IMG/VR virus record: IMGVR_UViG_3300046713_000343
Reading direction: 5' to 3' (one strand)
DNA from: a virus
DNA length: 55,986 nt
The notes under the pieces are model-generated. The model was not told the DNA's origin and did not search any database. It saw only the letters and a program-made list of their open reading frames with translations. Both the position numbers and the translations under genes were made by a program. Each line of letters begins with the position of its first letter. Position 1 is the stretch's first letter. Shown one piece after another: positions 51,087 through 55,986 of the stretch.

Positions 51087-52265
51087 ATGTTGAGACTCGC
51101 CCACATCGCGGACTCTCACTTCGACGAGCACTCGCGCTTTGACGAATGCGTCAAGGTGCACGACTGGATCGCAGACGACATCGCCTGCCGCCGCGTGGAC
51201 CTGATCGTCCACAGCGGCGACGTCTACGAGCGCAAGAGCACGCCGACCGAGCGCATGGCCGTCGCGCGCTTCTTTCAACAACTCGCCCGCGTCGCACCCG
51301 TCGTCGTCGTGCGCGGCAATCACGACGTGCTCGGCGACCTCCCGCTCCTCGAGCGCCTCGAGACCGACCACCCGATCACCGTCGTCGAGGGCGCGAGCGC
51401 GTTTTTCGTAGGCGGCTTCGCGGTCGCCTGCCTCGCGTGGCCGACCAAGGCCGGCGTCCTCGCGCTCGGCGCCGAGTCGCACGCCGAAGGCGAGCTCCTC
51501 GCCGGCGAGGCCCTGCGCAACGTGCTGCGGGGCCTGGGCGAGAAGCTCAGCTACGCGAAGGACGACGAGCCGCGCATCCTGCTCGCGCACGCCATGGTGC
51601 GCGGCTCGATGACGTCGACGGGACAACCTCTCGTGGGCTGCGACCTCGAGGTCGGGCTCGAGGACCTCCGCCTTGCGGGCGCCAGCTACTACGCGCTCGG
51701 CCACATCCACAAGTCGCAGAGCTGGTACGACGCCGAGATAGGCGACAGCGCACCGCCCATCGTCTACCCGGGCAGCCCGCGGCGCACCGCCTTCGGCGAG
51801 TTGGAGGCGAAGGGCTACGTGGTCGCAGAGTTCGAGGGTCAGGCCTGCACCGGCTGGACCTTCGTCGAGACGCCCTGCGCGCCGATGCACCTGATCGAAG
51901 ACGAGTGGGGTGACGACGACGGCGCGAACGGATGGCTCGTCGGCGTGGACCGCCACCCGGCCGAGCGCCCGCTCGCGGGCGCCGAGGTGCGCTTCCGCTA
52001 CCGCGTGCCCGCCGACCTGCGCGAAGAAGCGCGCGCGGCCGCCGAGCGCGTCGAGGCGGACCTGCGCGCTGCAGGCGCCATCGACGTCAAGGTCGAGGCC
52101 ATCGTGAAGCCCCAGGGCACGGCGCGCGCCCCGGAGGTCGCAAGCGCACCCACGCTCGCCGAGAAGCTGCTCGCGCTCTGGCGCGCGCGCCGGGTCACGC
52201 CCGAGCAGCCGCGCCAGGCGCGCCTGCTCGAGAAGCTCGCCGACCTGGAGGTCAAAGCATCATGA
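51087..52265 (+). CDS. SbcD/Mre11-like metallophosphoesterase nuclease
   Basis: IADSHFD, HSGDVY, VRGNHD, GHIH motifs in canonical order. Confidence 0.85.
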   Translation: MLRLAHIADSHFDEHSRFDECVKVHDWIADDIACRRVDLIVHSGDVYERKSTPTERMAVARFFQQLARVAPVVVVRGNHDVLGDLPLLERLETDHPITVVEGASAFFVGGFAVACLAWPTKAGVLALGAESHAEGELLAGEALRNVLRGLGEKLSYAKDDEPRILLAHAMVRGSMTSTGQPLVGCDLEVGLEDLRLAGASYYALGHIHKSQSWYDAEIGDSAPPIVYPGSPRRTAFGELEAKGYVVAEFEGQACTGWTFVETPCAPMHLIEDEWGDDDGANGWLVGVDRHPAERPLAGAEVRFRYRVPADLREEARAAAERVEADLRAAGAIDVKVEAIVKPQGTARAPEVASAPTLAEKLLALWRARRVTPEQPRQARLLEKLADLEVKAS

Positions 52266-54682
52266 GGTTCGAGCGGATTCGTGTGCATGCCATGGGCCCG
52301 TTCAAGGGCCTCGTCGACGTCGACCTCGCCGGCCTGCCTGGCCCGCTGGTCGCCATCTGCGGCGCGAACGGCGCCGGCAAGACCACGCTGCTCGAGCTGC
52401 TGGCCGGCGCGCTCTATCGCGAGTGCCCGACCCGCGGAACCCTCGCCAGCCTCGCGACCGCCCGCGACGCGTTCGTGGAAGTGAGCGCCGTGAACGGGCA
52501 GGCCTTCACCGTGCGCCAGCACGTCGACGCGGTCAGCGGCAAGGGCGAGACCGTCGTCATGGGTCCCGACGGTGGCGCCGTGCTTCAGGACACCAAGGTC
52601 CGGGAGTTCGACCGCTGGATCGCCCGACACGTCGTCTCCTCCGACGTGCTCTATGCGAGCTCGTTCTCGGTGCAGGGCCGGCGCGGCTTCCTCGACCTGA
52701 AGGCCTCCGAGCGCAAGGAGCTCTTGGTCGAGGTGCTGGGCCTCAAGCGCCTCGAGCGCATGGCGGACGCCGCGCGCGAGCGCGCACGCGCCGCGAAGGC
52801 CTCGCTGGAAACGCACCAGGCGCGGCTGAAAGATCTCCCCGCCCCGGCCATCGACCAGCTCGCGCGCGCTGTCGAAGCCGCGCGACAGCAGGTGGTCGAC
52901 GCCGAAGAGGCCGCTCGAGGCGCGCGCGTCGCCCTCGAGCGCGCGCGCGCCGTCGCCGGCGACGCCACGCGCACCGCCGAGCTTGTCGAACAGCGCCGCG
53001 CAGCCGAGCAGCGACGGGCGCTGGCCCACAAGCAGGCCTTCGACCTCGACGAGCGCATCAACAACAACCGCGCGCTCCTCGATCGCGGGGACGAGATCCG
53101 GTCCGCTGTCGCGCGCGCAGCCGAGCTCGACAAGGAAGTCGAAGAGGCTCGCGATGTGGCGCGCGCAGCCGAACGCGCGAACGCCGACGCCCGCGCCCAG
53201 GAGACGGAGGCGCGCGCGGCGCACACGCGCGCCCTCGAGGCCGTGGGCCAAGCGCAGTCGCGCGTGCTCCGCATCCAGGCGCGGCTGAAGGACCGCGATC
53301 AGGTGCTGGCTGCGGGCGAGCAGGTAGCGCAAGGACGCGCGCGTGAGGCGGAGCTCGACGACGCCCTCGGCGTCGCCGAGGCACGGAAGGAAGAACTGGA
53401 AGGGCTGGTCCTCGGCCTCAAGGACCAGCGTATCGGCGGCCTGCGCGGCGGCCTCGAGTTCCTCGCGGAGGCCGCCGAGGCCGCCGACCTGACCGTGTCC
53501 AACTACTCGCGCGGCGTCCTCGCCGGCGACAACGACCTCTCCGCGCGCGGCCAGAAGGCGCCCGCCGAGCTCGCCGCTGCCCGCTCGCGCATCGCAGAGC
53601 TACGCAAGCAGCTCGGCGACGCGGCGGCCCACATCGCCAAGAACCAAGCGCTCGCCGCGCGCGCCGGCGAGATCGCCCAGGCCGAGGCGGACCACGCGCA
53701 CGCGCAAGCAGACGAGCACGGCGCCGCCGAGCGGCTTCAGGCCGCCGCCTTGGCGCGCGACACCGCCACCGCCGCACGCGCCGAGGTAGCGCGAGCGGTC
53801 GAGGCGGCCGAGGACGCCGTGGCCACCAAGCGGAGCCTGCGCATCGCGCTCGACCCTACCCTCGTGCTGCGCCCGCGCCTCGAGCAGGCTGAGGCCCGGA
53901 TCGAAGAGCTGACCGCCCAGGTCGTGCCGGCGCGCGCGGCGCTGGCCCAGGTCGACGCCGAGCTCGCGAGTCTGCCCGTCGTCGACGCCTCGGCAGCCGT
54001 GGACGTCGGCGCCTTCGAGCGCACCGTCAACATCGCCGAGCAGGCCGAGCGCACGCGCCGCGACGAGCTCTCGCGCGCGACCATGGCGGTCGAGCGCGCG
54101 CACGAGGCGCTCGCGGCCCGCAAGGGCATCGAGGAGCAGGTCGCTGAGGCCGAGGCCGACCTCGGCGACTGGACGCGGCTTGCGCTCGACCTCGGCAAGG
54201 ACGGCTTGCAAGCGATGGAGATCGACAGCGCCCTCCCGGAGTGGACGGAGATCGCGAACTCGTTGCTCCACACCTGCCTCGGCCCGCGGTTCACCGTGGA
54301 GCTCCGCACCGACCGCCTCAGCGCCGACGGCAAGCGGGTCCTCGAGGACCTCGAGGCGCGCGTGCTCGACACCGTGAACGGTCGCGACGCAGACGCCGCG
54401 ACCTACTCCGGCGGCGAGCTCGTGCTCGTCGGCTCGGCCCTCTCGCTCGGCCTGACGACGCTCGCCTGCAGGCGAGCCGGTGTCGAGCGTCCGACCATCT
54501 GCCTCGACGAAGCCGGCGCGGCGCTCGACGACGCCAACGGGCGCGCGTGGATCGCGATGTTGCGCATGGCTGCGCGCCAGATCGGCGCGGACAAGGTCCT
54601 CTACATCTCGCACTCGGGCGAGGCGCAGCTCGCCGCCGATGCGCGCATCCGCATCACTGATGGAGCCGTGAACGTCGACTGA
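52262..54682 (+). CDS. SbcC/Rad50-like SMC-type ATPase
   Basis: ATG at 52262 (ATGA overlap). Walker A GANGAGKTT, a long Ala/Arg/Glu coiled coil, signature YSGGE and Walker B ICLDEAGAALD. Confidence 0.85.
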   Translation: MRFERIRVHAMGPFKGLVDVDLAGLPGPLVAICGANGAGKTTLLELLAGALYRECPTRGTLASLATARDAFVEVSAVNGQAFTVRQHVDAVSGKGETVVMGPDGGAVLQDTKVREFDRWIARHVVSSDVLYASSFSVQGRRGFLDLKASERKELLVEVLGLKRLERMADAARERARAAKASLETHQARLKDLPAPAIDQLARAVEAARQQVVDAEEAARGARVALERARAVAGDATRTAELVEQRRAAEQRRALAHKQAFDLDERINNNRALLDRGDEIRSAVARAAELDKEVEEARDVARAAERANADARAQETEARAAHTRALEAVGQAQSRVLRIQARLKDRDQVLAAGEQVAQGRAREAELDDALGVAEARKEELEGLVLGLKDQRIGGLRGGLEFLAEAAEAADLTVSNYSRGVLAGDNDLSARGQKAPAELAAARSRIAELRKQLGDAAAHIAKNQALAARAGEIAQAEADHAHAQADEHGAAERLQAAALARDTATAARAEVARAVEAAEDAVATKRSLRIALDPTLVLRPRLEQAEARIEELTAQVVPARAALAQVDAELASLPVVDASAAVDVGAFERTVNIAEQAERTRRDELSRATMAVERAHEALAARKGIEEQVAEAEADLGDWTRLALDLGKDGLQAMEIDSALPEWTEIANSLLHTCLGPRFTVELRTDRLSADGKRVLEDLEARVLDTVNGRDADAATYSGGELVLVGSALSLGLTTLACRRAGVERPTICLDEAGAALDDANGRAWIAMLRMAARQIGADKVLYISHSGEAQLAADARIRITDGAVNVD

Positions 54683-54697
54683 TTCGGGGGTTGATCA

Positions 54698-55024
54698 ATG
54701 TGGACACGCGCGCAGGTTGAAGAGCATCGGCGCAGGGCTGTAGACGCTGCGGACTACGGGGAGGTCGCGCTCTGCGATACGACGCTCGCGCTGATGCGAG
54801 AGCTCGCCGACGCCCGGATCGGAGAGCTCTCCGACCAGGTCGCGGAGGGGAGCGGAAACGCGCGCCCGTCATGGCCCGCGCCTGCCGTTCCCGCGTCCCA
54901 TCGCGTGCTGAGTCACCGCATCGATCGGCTGGTCGAGGACCTGAGGGCACTCGCCTCGCGCGTGGAACAACTGAAGCCCGGCGTCATCAGCTTGGCCGCA
55001 CGCAACAGCGAGGTGCCGCCATGA
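54698..55024 (+). CDS. Hypothetical protein (108 aa)
   Basis: Listed ORF; stop overlaps next ATG. Confidence 0.55.
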   Translation: MWTRAQVEEHRRRAVDAADYGEVALCDTTLALMRELADARIGELSDQVAEGSGNARPSWPAPAVPASHRVLSHRIDRLVEDLRALASRVEQLKPGVISLAARNSEVPP

Positions 55025-55254
55025 GCTGGAGCCCGCAGGACGTGGTCGTGCGCGTCGAGGAGCGCTGCGACGGCTGGTGGGTGCTGATCGAAGGCGGCCC
55101 CGACGATCTCCTCGTGCCCGAGATGCGCGAGTGCGGACCGGCGCCCAGCGAAGCGCTCGCGCGGGCCCACGTGGTCGACATCACGCCGCTGCTCGCAGAC
55201 ATGCTGGGCATCCCGCTCCACAAGCTGCTCGTCGGTAACCCGGGGAGGAACTGA
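55021..55254 (+). CDS. Hypothetical protein (77 aa)
   Basis: ATG at 55021 within listed ORF 54871..55254. Confidence 0.55.
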   Translation: MSWSPQDVVVRVEERCDGWWVLIEGGPDDLLVPEMRECGPAPSEALARAHVVDITPLLADMLGIPLHKLLVGNPGRN

Positions 55255-55259
55255 CGGGC

Positions 55260-55751
55260 ATGGCCGACGTTCGCAAATACGCGGAGGGCACCGACGTCGC
55301 CGCTGACAAGTCGCGGGCCGAGCTCGAGGCGCTGCTCGACAAGCACGGCGCCACGCAGTTCGCAGTGCACAAGGACGCCGAGCGCACGGTCGTCTACTAC
55401 CGGATGCGCGAGCGCATGGTGCGCCAAGTGGTCGTGTACCCGAGCGCCGAGCAGTACAAGACCTATTGCCGGAAGGGCGCGAACGGCAAGACGACGCGCA
55501 AGGCCGACGAGATCAAGAAGCTGCAGGAGGCCGAGTGGCGCCGCCTCTGGCGCGCTCAGGTCCTCATCACCAAGGCGAAGCTCGAGATCATCGCCAGCGG
55601 CGGCAGCACGTTCGAGAACGAGTTCCTCGCTTGGATGGTGCTGCCCAACGGCGACACCGTCGCCGAGGTGCTGCTGCCCAAGCTCGCCGAGGCGTACGCA
55701 ACCGGGCAGATGCCGCTGCTTCTGCTCGGACCAGGAGACAACAATGGATGA
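55260..55751 (+). CDS. Hypothetical phage protein (163 aa)
   Basis: Listed ORF with balanced composition; stop overlaps next ATG. Confidence 0.65.
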   Translation: MADVRKYAEGTDVAADKSRAELEALLDKHGATQFAVHKDAERTVVYYRMRERMVRQVVVYPSAEQYKTYCRKGANGKTTRKADEIKKLQEAEWRRLWRAQVLITKAKLEIIASGGSTFENEFLAWMVLPNGDTVAEVLLPKLAEAYATGQMPLLLLGPGDNNG

Positions 55752-55986
55752 GCTTGAACTTGTTTCGCAGACGACGACCGCGGCGCAGGCCTACAGCTTC
55801 CGCTTCAAGTGGGGCTGGGCGATCTTCACGCTCAACGACCACACCGGAGAGCTCTCGATCCACAGCGACTGGGGCACGTATGGGCACCGGTGGAACATCG
55901 GGGCGCTCGGCAATGGGCAGTCGCTCCACACGTTCCTCGCGGAATGCGACGGCGAGTACGTCGCGCGCAAGCTGAAGCTGGGCACG
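55744..55986 (+). CDS. 5' part of the junction-spanning hypothetical gene (continues at 128..463 once the repeat is collapsed)
   Basis: ATG at 55744 overlapping upstream stop (ATGGATGA); open to the end of the window. Confidence 0.75.
   Translation, partial: MDELELVSQTTTAAQAYSFRFKWGWAIFTLNDHTGELSIHSDWGTYGHRWNIGALGNGQSLHTFLAECDGEYVARKLKLGT
55860..55986. repeat. Right copy of 127-bp terminal direct repeat (identical to 1..127)
   Basis: Same string as 1..127; length equals a commonly used maximal assembler k-mer. Confidence 0.9.

Larger units (their letters stand above)
1..55986. mobile_element. Complete temperate contractile-tailed phage genome (circular contig, unique length 55,859 bp)
   Basis: Integrase/excisionase, CI/Cro-like switch, terminase, portal, capsid, sheath/tube/tape measure/baseplate genes all present; termini identical over 127 bp and an ORF reads through the junction. 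Confidence 0.85.

Noticed and set aside
51932-52261. Upstream extension of the SbcC-like ORF (track lists 51932..54682, 916 aa)
   Set aside because: The extension is Arg-rich and fully overlaps the SbcD-like gene. The ATG at 52262 overlaps the SbcD stop, and the product then begins with the conserved Rad50/SbcC N-terminus.
51087-54682. SbcCD-like pair as an SMC-based defence system (Lamassu/Wadjet-like)
   Set aside because: The partner is a canonical Mre11-type phosphoesterase with all motifs. The genes sit in a phage early recombination/replication operon, and no additional system-specific components are visible.

Overview
The window is a visibly GC-rich (roughly two-thirds G+C by eye, not computed), gene-dense contig. 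Its first 127 bp are identical to its last 127 bp, and an ORF reads in frame across that junction. It therefore looks like a circularly closed replicon of 55,859 bp: a complete temperate phage with a contractile (Mu/P2-like) tail.

There are three transcription blocks.

(1) A long rightward (+) early/accessory block runs from about 49.3 kb, across the junction, to about 11 kb. It carries an SSAP-like gene, an SbcD/SbcC-like nuclease pair, an ASCH-like gene, a Gp37/Gp68-family gene, a LuxR-type HTH gene, xis-int, an attP candidate with a tRNA 3' fragment, a C5-cytosine methyltransferase, a truncated N6-methyltransferase-like gene and a HigB/HigA-like toxin-antitoxin pair.

(2) A leftward (-) early block spans 48.2-42.1 kb. 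It carries a Cro-like gene, a PD-(D/E)xK-like gene, an SNF2 helicase, an MT-A70 methyltransferase, a replication organiser, a DnaC-like loader and a Cys-rich candidate regulator.

(3) A leftward (-) late block spans 41.9-11.1 kb. In order it carries terS, terL, a Mu gp29-like portal, a MuF-like protein with a C-terminal HExxH domain, a protease-scaffold gene, the capsid gene, neck genes, sheath, tube, the G/GT frameshifted chaperone, the tape measure, baseplate genes, fibres/tailspike, a GH-like enzyme, a lipoprotein and a terminator.

The most notable observations are:
- An AT-rich palindromic operator motif (TGATATATCA) clusters on both sides of a CI-like repressor gene.
- The MuF-HExxH fusion sits next to a small partner ORF.
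- A catalytically truncated methyltransferase-like gene sits in a translationally coupled module.
- A 47-bp perfect palindrome.
- A (GATCCT)6 tract lies inside the putative replication gene.
- An opposite-strand lipoprotein/secreted-protein moron lies inside the baseplate module.
- Two gpV-like spike paralogues flank a 2-TM protein.

All family calls come from motif recognition by eye. No database search was run.
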